Source: Candidatus Binatia bacterium (lineage in GTDB: Bacteria > Desulfobacterota > Binatia > UBA9968 > CAXXLF01). Taken from it: 64,000 bases of DNA. Where the stretch lies: positions 928,001 to 992,000 of the forward strand of contig CAXXLF010000001.1 of assembly GCA_963664015.2 (NCBI GenBank). Reading direction: 5' to 3'. The notes beneath the pieces are model-generated. The model worked only from the letters and a program-made list of their open reading frames with translations. It was not told where the DNA came from and did no database searches. Below, piece after piece: positions 1 through 11,404 of this stretch. Made by a program: the position numbers and the translations under genes. How positions within the stretch are numbered: the stretch's first letter is position 1; each line of letters starts with the position of its first letter.

Positions 1-351
1 GGACAGTAGAGACAATTTTTTGAGATCCGGATTCTCACCCTGACATTCCTGTTCACCCACGAATATTTTGTGGACCAGATCGAAGAGGGCCTGTGCCTCA
101 GCTTCTGTTTTTCCCTTCAGGGCATCGGTCATCATGGATGCTGACGCCTTAGAAATCGCGCACCCCATACCCTGAAAGCTGATCTCCTGGATGACTCCAC
201 CGTTAAGTCGCACATAAACGGTCACCTGATCCCCGCACAGTGGATTATAACCGTCCGCCGACCGGTTTGCGTCTTCCAACTTTCGAAAGTTGTGAGGACT
301 CTTGTTATGGTCCAGGATTACCTCCTGGTAGAGTTCGCTCAAATCGGACAT
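1..351 (-). CDS. sufU: SUF system NifU/IscU-like protein SufU (3' end runs off the window)
   Basis: Not in the ORF track. Manual translation from the ATG at 351, which overlaps the sufS TGA: MSDLSELYQEVILDHNKSPHNF...GYNPLCGDQV...GMGCAISKASASMM, typical SufU motifs. Confidence 0.93.
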   Translation of the reverse strand, partial: MSDLSELYQEVILDHNKSPHNFRKLEDANRSADGYNPLCGDQVTVYVRLNGGVIQEISFQGMGCAISKASASMMTDALKGKTEAEAQALFDLVHKIFVGEQECQGENPDLKKLSLLS

Positions 352-1622
352 CAATCGAATACCTCGATGACTCTATGCAACCCACGTACCAGCGCATCCA
401 GTTCCTCTTTGGTATTGTATAAGGCCAGTGAGGCTCTCGCCGTAGCTGGCACCCCAAAACGCTGCATCACCGGCATGGCGCAATGATGACCGGTACGGAT
501 GGCAATCCCTTCCCGATCCAAGATCGTACCAATGTCGTGAGCATGGATCTCACCCAGAACGAATGACAGGACCCCGGCCTTGTTCTTCGCCGTCCCTACC
601 CTTCGTAAACCTGGAACCTCCGACAGCGCTTCTGTTCCGTAGGAAAGGAGCTGGCTCTCATAGACCTCAATTGCGTCCAGTCCAATTTCATTGACGTAAT
701 CAACGGCCGCACCCAATCCGATGACGCCGGCGATATGAGGGGTTCCCGCCTCGAATTTATACGGCAGGACATTATAATGAGTCTTTTCGAAGGTCACCAG
801 GCTTATCATGTCCCCACCACCCTGGTATGGAGGCATAGCCTCGAGCAACTTGGCTTTACCGTAGAGCACACCGATCCCGGTGGGACCAAACAACTTGTGT
901 CCGGAAAAGGCGTAAAAATCACAACCCAGGTTACGGACATCCACCTTCATATGGGGAGCGGCCTGGGCTCCGTCGACGAGGACCGGGATATCGTATCGAT
1001 GGGCCTCATCGACCATCTGGCGAATCGGATTGATGGTACCAAGGGCATTGGACACATGAGTGATTGCAACCAGCCTTGTTCGGTCATTCAGCAGACTCGT
1101 GTATTCACCCAACAATAGCTCACCGTCGTTGTTGATGGGAATGACGCGGAGCCGGGCTCCTACTTGTTCGCAAAGGATTTGCCAAGGGACGATGTTGGAA
1201 TGATGTTCCATGGCAGAGATGACGATCTCGTCGTCTTTCTTGATAAAGCTCCGGCCGTAGCTCTGAGCCACAAGATTGATGGCCTCGGTGGTGCCACGTA
1301 CAAATATGATCTCCCGAGTGTCTGAAGCGTTGATAAAATTCCTGATCTTCTCGCGCACGTTTTCGTAATCCTGCGTCGCCTGCTCGCTAAGGTGGTGAAC
1401 CCCCCTATGTATGTTGGAGTTTTCAGAAGTATAATAACCGTTAAGGGTATCGATCACAGATTTAGGCTTCTGGCTCGTAGCCGCGTTGTCCAGATAGACC
1501 AGCGGCTTGCCATGAATCGTTTGACCGAGAATCGGGAAATCCTTGCGCACACGCTGAACGTCCAGAGACTGGGGCGTGTCTTTCCACGAATCGGGCACAC
1601 TATTTTGACTTCCGGTGGTCAT
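351..1622 (-). CDS. sufS: Cysteine desulfurase, SufS subfamily
   Basis: YLDNAATSQKP, FSGHK (PLP lysine), RTGHHCA catalytic loop; suf operon context. Confidence 0.97.
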   Translation of the reverse strand: MTTGSQNSVPDSWKDTPQSLDVQRVRKDFPILGQTIHGKPLVYLDNAATSQKPKSVIDTLNGYYTSENSNIHRGVHHLSEQATQDYENVREKIRNFINASDTREIIFVRGTTEAINLVAQSYGRSFIKKDDEIVISAMEHHSNIVPWQILCEQVGARLRVIPINNDGELLLGEYTSLLNDRTRLVAITHVSNALGTINPIRQMVDEAHRYDIPVLVDGAQAAPHMKVDVRNLGCDFYAFSGHKLFGPTGIGVLYGKAKLLEAMPPYQGGGDMISLVTFEKTHYNVLPYKFEAGTPHIAGVIGLGAAVDYVNEIGLDAIEVYESQLLSYGTEALSEVPGLRRVGTAKNKAGVLSFVLGEIHAHDIGTILDREGIAIRTGHHCAMPVMQRFGVPATARASLALYNTKEELDALVRGLHRVIEVFD

Positions 1623-1646
1623 TGGGTGATGCCAGGGCTGTGTTGT

Positions 1647-2960
1647 CTACTGCAAACGCGTAAGAAGCGTCTCTTCCAGCCAACTCCGGGTCCGTTCCAA
1701 TCGGATTCGGCCCACGACCTCACTGGCAAAGGCATAGGTCAAAAGCGCTCTCGATTCCTCTAACCCGATACCCCGGGACCGCAGGTAAAAGAGACTATTG
1801 GGATCCAGTTGCCCGACCGATGAACCATGGCTACATTTGACATCGTTATTGTAAATCTCCAACTGGGGTTTGGTATCAATGCTGGCACCTTCGGAGAGCA
1901 GCAGGTTCTTATTGGTCTGCTTCGCATCGGTCTCTCTCGCGTCCGGATGAACGTAGATCTTGCCGTTAAAAACCCCCCTTGACTTACCCGCTAACACTCC
2001 TTTATAGAGCTCCCTGCTCGTACAATGGGGTTTGACGTGATCCACTCGCGTGTGATGGTCGACGTGTTGATTCCCATCTGCCAAGTAGAGACCGTTGAGC
2101 GTGCAATCGCACCCTTCACCGTCCAGTACAGCGTTCAAATCATTACGTGCTAGAACACCCCCCAAAGCAACCGAATGAGACAAGAAGCTGCTGCCACTGT
2201 CCTGATGGATCTGCAGGGTCGCCACGTGGAACGCCTGCCGGCTTTCCCGCTGCAACTTGATATGCTCGACCACCGCGTTCTCGCCCATCACGACTTCAGT
2301 AACCGCGTTGGTAAAATAGGCCTCATCGTCCATCCCCACATAGCTTTCCACCACGGTAACCTGACTGTTGGACTCGGCTACGATCAAATTTCGTGGATAC
2401 GACGCACTCGCCTCGTCCTGACCGGTGGAGAGATACAACAGGTGAATGGGCTCATGGAGAACCGCGCCCTGGGGCAAATAGATGAACGCACCGTCTTTCA
2501 TCAAGGCCGTATTAAGGGCGACAAAGGCCTGCTCCTGATAACTGGCGTAACGGGCCCAATGGGAGTCCACCCCTGCCACAGCGCCACCCATGGCCGCCGT
2601 GAGGCTACCGGCCAGGATTTGCTCGGGTAAACGCGTCACCGACGAATGCTCAGGAGCGTAGTAACCATTTATGAAAACAAGCCGATTCTCCGTTTTAGCG
2701 TCCAGGGCAGCGCGTAGCACGCTTTGGGAAGTGAGGCCATCCGGCTGGTGCTTAGCCGGTTGGAATGGAACCTTGGCTATGGGAGCGACACTGGTGTACT
2801 TCCACTCCTCGTTTCCGGTCGTTGGGAATCCCATATCAAAGAAACGGGAGATTGCCTGCCTGCGGATGTCGCGGGTCCATGACTGGCCATTACGAAGCCC
2901 CTTCTCAAACCGATCAAACTGAGTTCGGTAGAGATCCATGACGTCAACCGTTGCCATCAT
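1647..2960 (-). CDS. sufD: Fe-S cluster assembly protein SufD
   Basis: [38 protein letters not shown] motifs. Confidence 0.96.
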   Translation of the reverse strand: MMATVDVMDLYRTQFDRFEKGLRNGQSWTRDIRRQAISRFFDMGFPTTGNEEWKYTSVAPIAKVPFQPAKHQPDGLTSQSVLRAALDAKTENRLVFINGYYAPEHSSVTRLPEQILAGSLTAAMGGAVAGVDSHWARYASYQEQAFVALNTALMKDGAFIYLPQGAVLHEPIHLLYLSTGQDEASASYPRNLIVAESNSQVTVVESYVGMDDEAYFTNAVTEVVMGENAVVEHIKLQRESRQAFHVATLQIHQDSGSSFLSHSVALGGVLARNDLNAVLDGEGCDCTLNGLYLADGNQHVDHHTRVDHVKPHCTSRELYKGVLAGKSRGVFNGKIYVHPDARETDAKQTNKNLLLSEGASIDTKPQLEIYNNDVKCSHGSSVGQLDPNSLFYLRSRGIGLEESRALLTYAFASEVVGRIRLERTRSWLEETLLTRLQ

Positions 2961-3778
2961 GTCTGGGTGCTTGTCCCCAAGTCTGCTTGTGGGCCGCGGA
3001 CTTTTTCTTCAATCCAACCGTAACCTTTTTTCTCCAGCTCAAGAGCAAGACTCTTGTCGCCGGATTTTACTATTTGCCCGTCGGAGAGCACGTGAACAAA
3101 ATCCGGAACGATATAGTTCAACAACCTCTGGTAATGAGTAATCAAGATCATCGCGTTCTCTGAACTGCGAAGGGCATTTACGCCATTGGCTACGATCTTC
3201 AAGGCATCGATATCCAGTCCCGAATCGGTCTCGTCAAGGATGGCGAGCTTAGGTTCCAATACGGCCATCTGAAAGACTTCGTTGCGCTTTTTCTCACCAC
3301 CGGAGAACCCCTCGTTGATCGAGCGGTTGAGAAGGCCCTGATCCATTTCCACCAGTTTCGTTTTCTCCTTCGCCAGGGCAAGAAAGTCCATGGCGTCCAG
3401 CTCCTGAAGGCCACGTGCCTTGCGAAGGGCATTCAAAGCGGCCTTGAGAAAATAGGCGGTGCTCACACCGGGTATTTCCACCGGGTACTGGAAGGCGAGG
3501 AAGATACCTCGATGGGCCCGATCCTCCGGGGCCATCTTGAGCAAATCCTCTCCTTCATAGGTCACCGTCCCGGAAGTGATTTCATACCCTTCACGACCGG
3601 CAAGGACATGGGACAGGGTACTTTTCCCGGAGCCGTTGGGCCCCATAATCGCATGCACCTCCCCGGCCCTCACCGTTAGATCGATTCCCTTCAAAATTTC
3701 GGTGTCGCCCACACTGGCGTGCAAGTTTTTGATGCTCAACATGACCTTCTTATCCTGTCCTGCCATAACTCTAACCAA
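2957..3778 (-). CDS. sufC: Fe-S cluster assembly ATPase SufC
   Basis: [42 protein letters not shown]. Confidence 0.97.
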   Translation of the reverse strand: MVRVMAGQDKKVMLSIKNLHASVGDTEILKGIDLTVRAGEVHAIMGPNGSGKSTLSHVLAGREGYEITSGTVTYEGEDLLKMAPEDRAHRGIFLAFQYPVEIPGVSTAYFLKAALNALRKARGLQELDAMDFLALAKEKTKLVEMDQGLLNRSINEGFSGGEKKRNEVFQMAVLEPKLAILDETDSGLDIDALKIVANGVNALRSSENAMILITHYQRLLNYIVPDFVHVLSDGQIVKSGDKSLALELEKKGYGWIEEKVRGPQADLGTSTQT

Positions 3779-5219
3779 CGCTCCCTTCCAGGCTCACGCC
3801 CAGAAGTTTCTGGGCTTCCACGGCAAATTCCATGGGCAGCTCTCGGAAAACCTGCTTACAAAACCCATTGACAATCATGGTGATGGCGTCCTCGGCTGAT
3901 ATTCCCCGCTGCTTGCAATAGAAAAGCTGATCCTCTCCGATCTTGGAGGTCGAGGCTTCATGTTCAATTTGGGCAGAATTATTCAAGACCTCCAGATAGG
4001 GAAAGGTGTGAGCGCCGCATTGATCACCCAGGAGCAGTGAATCGCATTGGGAGTAATTGCGGGCACCCGTCGCACCTTTGAGCACCTTGACCAGCCCCCG
4101 ATAGCTGTTCTGCCCATGGCCCGCGGAGATCCCCTTGGAGAGGATCGTGCTCCGGGTGTTTTTGCCCATGTGAATCATCTTGGTCCCCGTATCCGCCTGC
4201 TGGTAATTGTTGGTCAGGGCTACCGAGTAAAACTCCCCCACCGAGTTGTCTCCCTGAAGGATACAGCTCGGATATTTCCACGTAATGGCCGAGCCCGTTT
4301 CCACCTGGGTCCAGGAGATCTTCGAGTTCTTGCCAAGACATTTGCCGCGCTTGGTGACAAAGTTGTAGATGCCCCCTTTCCCCTCTTTGTCGCCGGGGTA
4401 CCAGTTTTGCACCGTCGAATATTTGATCTGGGCATTGTCCAGGGCGACCAATTCGACTACCGCCGCATGCAATTGATTAATGTCTCGCATGGGTGCCGTA
4501 CAGCCTTCCAGGTAACTGACGTAGCTGCCCTCTTCAGCAACGATCAGGGTGCGTTCGAACTGACCCGTCTCAGCCGCATTGATACGAAAATAGGTCGACA
4601 ACTCCATGGGGCAACGAACACCCTTTGGGACATAGCAAAAGGAGCCGTCGCTGAAGACCGCCGAATTCAGCGTGGCAAAAAAGTTATCCGTGTAGGGGAC
4701 GACGGAACCCAGGTACTGCCGAACCAGTTCAGGATAATCGCGGACCGCATCGGAAAACGAGCCGAAGATGATCCCCATCTCGGCCAGCTTCCCCTTGAAG
4801 GTAGTGGCCACGGAGACACTGTCGAACACCGCGTCGACGGCAACTCCGGCTAGTTTTTCCTGTTCCTTGAGCGGGATACCGAGCTTTTCATAGGTCTTTA
4901 GCAGCTCAGGATCCACCTCCTCCAGGCTCTTGGGACGATCGCTCTGCGCCGTGGGGGCCGCATAGTAAATCATGTCCTGGTAGTCAATGGGAGGATAATC
5001 GACATTGGCCCATTTGGGGGCGCCTTCTTTTTTCTCTAATTTGACCCAATGCCGGAAGGCGCGAAGGCGCCAATCGAGCAACCACTCGGGCTCGTTCTTC
5101 TTCGCAGAAATCATTCGGACAATCCCCTCGTTCAACCCGCGAGGGATTGTGTCCGAAGCGATATCCGTGACGAAACCGTACTTATAGTCTTGCCCAATTA
5201 AGGAATTTTCGGGAGTCAT
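3771..5219 (-). CDS. sufB: Fe-S cluster assembly protein SufB
   Basis: [42 protein letters not shown]. Confidence 0.97.
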   Translation of the reverse strand: MTPENSLIGQDYKYGFVTDIASDTIPRGLNEGIVRMISAKKNEPEWLLDWRLRAFRHWVKLEKKEGAPKWANVDYPPIDYQDMIYYAAPTAQSDRPKSLEEVDPELLKTYEKLGIPLKEQEKLAGVAVDAVFDSVSVATTFKGKLAEMGIIFGSFSDAVRDYPELVRQYLGSVVPYTDNFFATLNSAVFSDGSFCYVPKGVRCPMELSTYFRINAAETGQFERTLIVAEEGSYVSYLEGCTAPMRDINQLHAAVVELVALDNAQIKYSTVQNWYPGDKEGKGGIYNFVTKRGKCLGKNSKISWTQVETGSAITWKYPSCILQGDNSVGEFYSVALTNNYQQADTGTKMIHMGKNTRSTILSKGISAGHGQNSYRGLVKVLKGATGARNYSQCDSLLLGDQCGAHTFPYLEVLNNSAQIEHEASTSKIGEDQLFYCKQRGISAEDAITMIVNGFCKQVFRELPMEFAVEAQKLLGVSLEGSVG

Positions 5220-5298
5220 AAATAGTCCATTTTAAGTATCCGCTTAGCCCAAAGAAAAGCGAGAAGCGATTGACGGCAGGAAGCGGAGCCGAACAGCC

Positions 5299-5790
5299 TC
5301 ACGCCGACACGGCGTTCTTGACCAGCCATCGCTCCTTCATGATCTTATCCTGAATCCGCAGTAACCCCTCGGTAAGGGCCTCGGGCCTGGGAGGACAGCC
5401 CGGGACATAAACGTCGACTGGAATGATCTTGTCGACTCCTTTGCACACCGAGTAGGCCAACTGAAAGAGACCGCCACAATTGGCACAGCTACCCATGGAG
5501 ATCACGTATTTCGGATCTGGCATCTGGTCATAGAGGAGCTTGGTCCGTTTGGCCATCTTGTAAGTCAGCGTGCCAGCCACGATCATCAGGTCCGATTGGC
5601 GTGGTGTCGCACGTGGGACACAGCCGAACCGGTCTATATCGGCTCGCGGTCCGCCAGTCTGCATCATCTCAATGGCACAGCAGGCCAGTCCGAACAGCAT
5701 GTACCACTGGGATGACGCCCTGCCCCAATTTAGGAGGTCATCCACCTTTGTGGTGAAGACGGTTTCAGGTAAGGTGTTGGTAATCGGCAT
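5299..5790 (-). CDS. nuoB: Stand-alone NADH-quinone oxidoreductase subunit B-like Fe-S protein
   Basis: [39 protein letters not shown] give the four N2 cluster Cys; no other nuo genes adjacent. Confidence 0.9.
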   Translation of the reverse strand: MPITNTLPETVFTTKVDDLLNWGRASSQWYMLFGLACCAIEMMQTGGPRADIDRFGCVPRATPRQSDLMIVAGTLTYKMAKRTKLLYDQMPDPKYVISMGSCANCGGLFQLAYSVCKGVDKIIPVDVYVPGCPPRPEALTEGLLRIQDKIMKERWLVKNAVSA

Positions 5791-5924
5791 TAATCTCCTC
5801 CGGTATTGTTATTGATTTAGTCTTATCGTTACCTGTAAATACCCTATTATGCTGGAACTCTCAACCAAGACAGTTTCTTCCACAAAAAGTGGACCTATTG
5901 CATCTACTTTGAGGTCAAAAAAAC

Positions 5925-6419
5925 TCAAATCTGAGCCGCGTCGATCTCCCGCCGCTTGAGACCACCTTCGTCCGCAATGCTCCCTAGGGAAATCCCCGCG
6001 AGGTAATTTGTCAGGAGCCTCTGAGCCTTCTCCCACACGGAGATCTGGGTACAAACCCCATCGTAAGGGCAGGTAAGCTCCTTTTTATCCAGGCACTCCA
6101 TGAGGAGCAGGGGTTTCTCAACAGCTTCGTAGACCTCTTTGAGACTGATAAAGTCAGCCGATTTGGCCAGGCTAAAGCCGCCTCTACAACCAACATGAGA
6201 CTTCACCAATCCTCTAGCAACCAGATCCTTCATTATTTTGGACAAATAATGCGATGGTATATCCTGTCTTTGGGTGATCTCACGGCTTCCAATGACCCGA
6301 TCGATAGGCTGAGCTGCCAGGTATGAAAGTGCTCGGACGGCGTAATCAACGCGGCGCCCGACATTCATCAAGGAACTTCTATCGCTTTTTGTAGACTTTA
6401 ATGAGCCGTCAGCCTGCAC
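5925..6419 (-). CDS. Rrf2 family transcriptional regulator (IscR-like, three C-terminal Cys)
   Basis: DYAVRALSYLA, wHTH GGFSLAK, C-x7-C-x5-C (ECLDKKELTCPYDGVC); AAGGAAGG RBS upstream of the GTG at 6419; heads the suf operon. Confidence 0.9.
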   Translation of the reverse strand: MQADGSLKSTKSDRSSLMNVGRRVDYAVRALSYLAAQPIDRVIGSREITQRQDIPSHYLSKIMKDLVARGLVKSHVGCRGGFSLAKSADFISLKEVYEAVEKPLLLMECLDKKELTCPYDGVCTQISVWEKAQRLLTNYLAGISLGSIADEGGLKRREIDAAQI

Positions 6420-6466
6420 GGGGTGACACCTTCCTTTAAAAGTCGCTTAAAAGACACTATTTCAGT

Positions 6467-6496
6467 AATATAGACCTAGAAAATCCATAATGTCAA
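6467..6496 (-). promoter_or_regulatory. Candidate sigma-70 promoter of the rrf2-nuoB-suf operon
   Basis: Minus strand TTGACA-N18-TATATT, about 50 nt upstream of the Rrf2 start. Confidence 0.55.
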
Positions 6497-6667
6497 TAGG
6501 CGCAAGGGAACCTGAAAACTGTGGAATTGCAGCCAATCCTCTGATTGAACGTTGACTTACCGGTCAATCGAGGAGGAACCACGACCCAGCGTGCCGTCCG
6601 CCACCGCCGAGAGAACTGCCAGGTAAGAACCCTCCCCTAATGGCTAAAGGTGTGATATTAACCAGGT

Positions 6668-7198
6668 ATGTCCATTCTCAAGGTAGCCAGACTCGGCCAT
6701 CCCGTACTGCGTAACCGTGCCGAGCCCCTAGACCCGAAAGAGATTACCACTGCCGAGACTCAGCAGTTGATCGGCGACATGGTCGAGACGATGAACGAGT
6801 ATGACGGCGTGGGCCTCGCCGCCGTCCAGGTCCATGTTTCACGCCAGATAGCCGTCCTGGAGGTGGCTGATAACCCCCGCTATCCGGGTAAAGAGAAGGT
6901 GCCCCTATCGGTTCTGATCAACCCGACGATCGAGCCGGTCACGCAGGATATGGAGGAGGACTGGGAAGGGTGCCTGAGTATCAATGAATTACGGGGCAAG
7001 GTGCCACGCTATACGAAAATCAAGGTCGCGGGGTGGGACCGGGAGGGAAAACAACTCGACTTCATCGCAACGGATTTTCATGCTCGAGTCATCCAACACG
7101 AATGGGATCACCTGCAAGGAAAAGTCTACCTGGATCGAATGAAGGACCTAACCACTCTCACCTACCGGACTGAACTCTCCCGCTACTGGATTAAATGA
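6668..7198 (+). CDS. def: Peptide deformylase
   Basis: GVGLAAVQ, EGCLS, HEWDH motifs. Confidence 0.96.
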   Translation: MSILKVARLGHPVLRNRAEPLDPKEITTAETQQLIGDMVETMNEYDGVGLAAVQVHVSRQIAVLEVADNPRYPGKEKVPLSVLINPTIEPVTQDMEEDWEGCLSINELRGKVPRYTKIKVAGWDREGKQLDFIATDFHARVIQHEWDHLQGKVYLDRMKDLTTLTYRTELSRYWIK

Positions 7199-7246
7199 AG
7201 CCTCCACCGGCAAACGCCCGTAGCATCCTCCCTTGTCTTCGGCGGA

Positions 7247-7309
7247 ATCCGCAGTCGCAGCCTGCTTGCCTACTCCGCAGAAGCGACCGCCCCGGCTGCG
7301 AAGGCGGAT
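7247..7309. repeat. REP-like imperfect palindrome between convergent def and aspS
   Basis: ATCCGC-AG-TCGCAGCC ... GGCTGCGA-AG-GCGGAT arms pair. Confidence 0.45.
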
Positions 7310-7346
7310 AAAATTTAAAAAAGTCGCCTAAAACCCAAGAGTCGGC

Positions 7347-9158
7347 TCAATCGTCAACCACGGTTTTGATTCCCAGCTCCCTAAGCTGCTTCGGTTTTAC
7401 GTTGCTGGGCGCGTCCGTGAGCAGGCACACGGCCTTTTGGCTCTTGGGAAAAGCAATCACGTCCCGGAGTGACTTGGCACCGCTAAGCAGCATCGCAAGA
7501 CGGTCGATCCCAAAGGCAATCCCTCCGTGGGGCGGCGCACCGAAGCTCAGTGCCTCAAGGAAAAAACCGAACTGGGCTTCTGCCTCGTCATGACCGATAC
7601 CGAGGAGCTCCAGGATCTTCCGCTGCAGCTCCACCTGATGGATACGGATACTCCCACCGCCGACCTCGACACCGTTCAGGACCAGGTCATAGGCGCGTGA
7701 GCGTACCTTCAAGGGGTCGCTTACGAGTAATTCGATGTCTTCTTCCCTGGGTGCCGTGAACGGGTGATGGATAGAGACATAACGTTTCTCCCCCGGATCG
7801 TATTCCAGGAGAGGGAAATCAACGGTCCACGACAGGCTGTACTCCTCCATGGCCTTTAGCCCCATCTTCTCGACCAAGCGCAGCCGGAGATTGGCCAGGG
7901 ACTCGTATACGATCCTCGGTTTATCAGCACAAAAGAGGATGATGTCCCCTTCCTTTGCCTTGGTAATATCCTGAATATGTTTCCGTTCACCTTCGGATAG
8001 GAACTTTGCCAAGGGCGATTGCCAACCCTTGTCTGTGATCTTGATCCAGGCCATGCCCTTGGCGCCGAAATCGGCAATGTAGGCAGTCAGGTCGTCCAAA
8101 TCCTTACGTGAGAGGCTGGCCCCTCCCGGCACACAAAGGCCTTTGACGATTCCGCCATTTTCCAAAGCCCGGGCAAAGATCGCAACTTTGGACCCCTGGA
8201 AGGCGTCGGAGAACTCGGACAGCTCGAGGCCATAGCGGAGGTCCGGTTTATCTGAACCGTAGAGCGACATGGCATCCACATAGGAGAGGCGCGGGAACGG
8301 TGTCCGGATCTCTATGCCTTTGAGCTCCTTGAACACCAGGGCGATCATCCCTTCCACAGCGCTATAGACGTCCTCCGGCTGGACGAACGACATCTCCACG
8401 TCTAGCTGGGTAAACTCGGGCTGCCGGTCCGCCCGCAGATCCTCGTCGCGGAAGCAGCGCACGACCTGAAAATAACGGTCGATTCCTCCTACCATGAGGA
8501 TCTGCTTGAAGAGTTGCGGCGACTGGGGCAACGCATAAAACTTGCCGGGATAGATCCGGCTAGGGACCAGATAGTCCCTCGCCCCTTCCGGCGTGCTCTT
8601 GGTCAGCATCGGTGTCTCGACCTCGATAAATCCCTTGCCGTCCAGATAGTCACGAATATGCTTCACCATCCGATGGCGCAGGGTGAGGTGCTGCAGGCTC
8701 TGGGGCCGCCGAATGTCTAGGTAGCGATATTTGAGGCGCGTATTCTCATTGGCCTCGGTCTCGTCCTCCACGGAAAAAGGCGGTACCCGGGAAGCGCTCA
8801 GGAGCTTGACCTCCCGGACCATCAGCTCGACTTCGCCCGTAACCATTTCGGGATTGATGGTCTCGGGAATACGCTTGGCCAGGACCCCGCGGACGGCGAT
8901 AACATCTTCGTGCCGGATATGTTTCGCTTTCTCGTGAGACGCAGGATCGATCTCTGGATTAAAGACCACCTGAACGATTCCCGTGCGATCGCGCAGGTCG
9001 ACAAAGATGAGTCCCCCATGATCGCGACGGCGCAGGGCCCAGCCCATTAGGGTCAACTCCTTATCGACAGACGTTAGGCCAGACTCGCCGCAGTAGCAGC
9101 TTCGCTTCCAATCGCCCAGCGGGTCGGAGAAGACTCTTTCTGTTGTTTCCTGACTCAT
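7347..9158 (-). CDS. aspS: Aspartate--tRNA ligase, probably the non-discriminating Asp/Asn type
   Basis: RRDHGG (His typical of ND-AspRS), [31 protein letters not shown]. Confidence 0.97.
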   Translation of the reverse strand: MSQETTERVFSDPLGDWKRSCYCGESGLTSVDKELTLMGWALRRRDHGGLIFVDLRDRTGIVQVVFNPEIDPASHEKAKHIRHEDVIAVRGVLAKRIPETINPEMVTGEVELMVREVKLLSASRVPPFSVEDETEANENTRLKYRYLDIRRPQSLQHLTLRHRMVKHIRDYLDGKGFIEVETPMLTKSTPEGARDYLVPSRIYPGKFYALPQSPQLFKQILMVGGIDRYFQVVRCFRDEDLRADRQPEFTQLDVEMSFVQPEDVYSAVEGMIALVFKELKGIEIRTPFPRLSYVDAMSLYGSDKPDLRYGLELSEFSDAFQGSKVAIFARALENGGIVKGLCVPGGASLSRKDLDDLTAYIADFGAKGMAWIKITDKGWQSPLAKFLSEGERKHIQDITKAKEGDIILFCADKPRIVYESLANLRLRLVEKMGLKAMEEYSLSWTVDFPLLEYDPGEKRYVSIHHPFTAPREEDIELLVSDPLKVRSRAYDLVLNGVEVGGGSIRIHQVELQRKILELLGIGHDEAEAQFGFFLEALSFGAPPHGGIAFGIDRLAMLLSGAKSLRDVIAFPKSQKAVCLLTDAPSNVKPKQLRELGIKTVVDD

Positions 9159-10441
9159 TGATTTGTTCGAAGGGGGAAGGTTGGCAGCTTACCCGCCAGT
9201 TCCGTTTCCACCTCATGGAGACTCACATCGACCTGCTCTTTACTATCCATATGCCGGAGGATCCCCTTCCCCTTGCTCAGTTCATCCTCGCCCACGATGA
9301 AGACGTATTGGGCCTTGAGCTTGTCGGCGTGTCGCATCTGGCTCTTGAGGCTCTTCTCCACCCCTCCCATCTCCACCGCGATTCCTCTGCGGCGCAAGAC
9401 ATGGGCAACGGGGAAGGCCCAGTCGCCAGCGGCCTTACCCATCCAGGCCAGATAGAGGCTCGGGCTGTTGAATCTACTTTCTTCTTTCATGCCTAACAAG
9501 AGTACCAGCCGCTCTACGCCGAGGGCGAAACCCACCCCGGCCACCGCTGGGCCCCCCAGGTCCTTGACCAGACCGTCATAGCGACCCCCCGCGGCCACCG
9601 CATTCTGAGACCCCAGGCGATCGGTCGTCCATTCGAAGGTCGTCCGCCCGTAGTAGTCCAGACCGCGAACCATCCTGGGATTGATCACATAAGGCACACG
9701 GGTTTCTTCCAGCAGCCGTTTCACCACGCCGAAGTGATACTGACAAGCCTGGCAGAAATAATCGATGGTGAAGGGCGCATTCTTGGTTGCCTGAACGCAG
9801 GACTGTTCTTTGCAGTCGAGGATGCGCAGAGGGTTGCGCTCGATACGGCGCCGGCAGTTCTCACACAGGTTCTCCTCCAGTGCCTTCAAGAAGGACAGGA
9901 GTTCCTTCCGATAACGGGGACGGCATTCGGTACAACCGAGGGAGTTCAACTGAAGCGTTAGCCCGTCCAGCTTCAAAGCAGCGAAGAAATCGTTCAGCAG
10001 CAAAAGCAGCTCTGCATCCGCCATCGGGTCCTTTCTTCCCAGAACCTCAGCCCCGATCTGATAGAACTGGCGGAACCTCCCTTTCTGGGGGCGCTCACGG
10101 CGAAACATGGGACCCAGATAGTAGAGCTTCTGCACCGGCTCCACCTGGGCGAGCCCCGCCTCGATATAGGCCCGAACCACCCCGGCAGTCCCTTCCGGTC
10201 TCAAGGTCAGCATGGAACCCTTGGCGTCCTGGTCGGCAAAGGTGTACATCTCCTTTTCCACGATATCCGTCGTCTCACCCAGCGACCGGCTGAACAACTC
10301 GGTCTTCTCGAGAATGGGGATCCGGATCTCGGAGAAGTTGTAGCGACCGAACACCTCCCGTGCTACCTGCTCGACAAACTGCCAGCTTTCGGTCTCGCCC
10401 GGTAGGAGATCGGAGAATCCTTTAATCCTTGTGATTTTCAT
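9155..10441 (-). CDS. hisS: Histidine--tRNA ligase
   Basis: [36 protein letters not shown]. Confidence 0.97.
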   Translation of the reverse strand: MKITRIKGFSDLLPGETESWQFVEQVAREVFGRYNFSEIRIPILEKTELFSRSLGETTDIVEKEMYTFADQDAKGSMLTLRPEGTAGVVRAYIEAGLAQVEPVQKLYYLGPMFRRERPQKGRFRQFYQIGAEVLGRKDPMADAELLLLLNDFFAALKLDGLTLQLNSLGCTECRPRYRKELLSFLKALEENLCENCRRRIERNPLRILDCKEQSCVQATKNAPFTIDYFCQACQYHFGVVKRLLEETRVPYVINPRMVRGLDYYGRTTFEWTTDRLGSQNAVAAGGRYDGLVKDLGGPAVAGVGFALGVERLVLLLGMKEESRFNSPSLYLAWMGKAAGDWAFPVAHVLRRRGIAVEMGGVEKSLKSQMRHADKLKAQYVFIVGEDELSKGKGILRHMDSKEQVDVSLHEVETELAGKLPTFPLRTNQ

Positions 10442-10462
10442 TGAAACGCAACCCGTCGGGTT

Positions 10463-10999
10463 TCACGCCCGGGGTAGATATGGGCTCCCACCTTGTCCTG
10501 CTCTTCCTGAGCACGCCAAGTCTAACAAAACAAAACAGCGATACCTAGGAGTAAATGAAACCTTCTCTGGTCCATGTCCGTAGTCTTTCGCTGTGGCAAA
10601 GCATTGGCCACTCGGATAATCGACGGGCACATGAGTATTGCGATAGAGAAGGTGTAGACCATGATAGAAGCGGGAACTCCACCAATCAACCACGAATTCA
10701 TAGGCGGTGCCCCCGCGCATAAACCTCCCGAGAATATCCATTGCAACCAAACCCAGCAGGAGATAAGCCGGCAACATAAGGATCGCGGCGATTACCCTCC
10801 GACGGACACCCCGATCGCATGAAAAGGGACTTATCAAGAGCCCGATCTGAAAGAGTGTTCCTAGCATGACGTCGAAGACAAAGCTGCCCAGCCCGGCAAA
10901 TTCTGGTTCAACTGTCGCAAAGTGGAACATCAGCATTCCCGCTCCCACCGAGAGGCCTGCGGCTACGAGAAGTACGCTGATGGTCCAAATTGCCCTCAT
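10463..10999 (-). CDS. Hypothetical membrane protein, possibly frameshifted in its 3' half
   Basis: Three hydrophobic segments in the N-terminal half; a fourth TM-like segment lies in another frame (ORF 10522..10746). Confidence 0.4.
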   Translation of the reverse strand: MRAIWTISVLLVAAGLSVGAGMLMFHFATVEPEFAGLGSFVFDVMLGTLFQIGLLISPFSCDRGVRRRVIAAILMLPAYLLLGLVAMDILGRFMRGGTAYEFVVDWWSSRFYHGLHLLYRNTHVPVDYPSGQCFATAKDYGHGPEKVSFTPRYRCFVLLDLACSGRAGQGGSPYLPRA

Positions 11000-11147
11000 C
11001 GTTCTTCCATTGGGTCTAACTCAGCCTACTAAAATTGTTTCGGGCCAGAACATTCTTAGAAGGGAATTGCCCAAAAGACAACTTACCCCTGGAGAATGCA
11101 GAAACAAAATCCGTTAAAACCCAGCTACTTACCCCCTGGTGCCAGTC

Positions 11148-11163
11148 TGGCACTCCTTTTGCT
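11148..11163 (+). promoter_or_regulatory. Sigma-54 (-24/-12) promoter
   Basis: TGGCAC-TCCTT-TTGCT matches TGGCAC-N5-TTGCW exactly, about 45 nt before the ATG at 11207. Confidence 0.65.
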
Positions 11164-11206
11164 CAACCTCTTAGCAAATTAGCAAAACAATCTTACGAGT
11201 TTAACT

Positions 11207-11404
11207 ATGATGAGAAACAGATCCGGCTTCAGCTCATACCACAACTACATCCAGGTGCTGACCATTTTTACCAGCGTCGGCATTCTCAACGCACTAGCCA
11301 TAATAATCCTCGTTGCGTCACAGGTTGCTGAAAACCTTTCCAGGTTGAGCTGGTCTTGTTCATCTTCATCGCTGGGAATACCTCCGTTAAGTCTTCTCGT
11401 GTAG
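11207..11404 (+). pseudogene. Degenerate type IV pilin-like ORF
   Basis: MMRNRSGFS...IQVLTIFTSVGILNALAI aligns with the prepilin pattern (basic leader)-GF-TLIELLIVVAIIGILAAIAI, but has an insertion after GF, no Glu at +5 and no clear globular domain. Confidence 0.45.

Noticed and set aside
6553-6568. TTGAC-N6-GTCAA dyad as an FNR/CRP site
   Set aside because: Spacing and half-sites do not fit TTGAT-N4-ATCAA; single occurrence.
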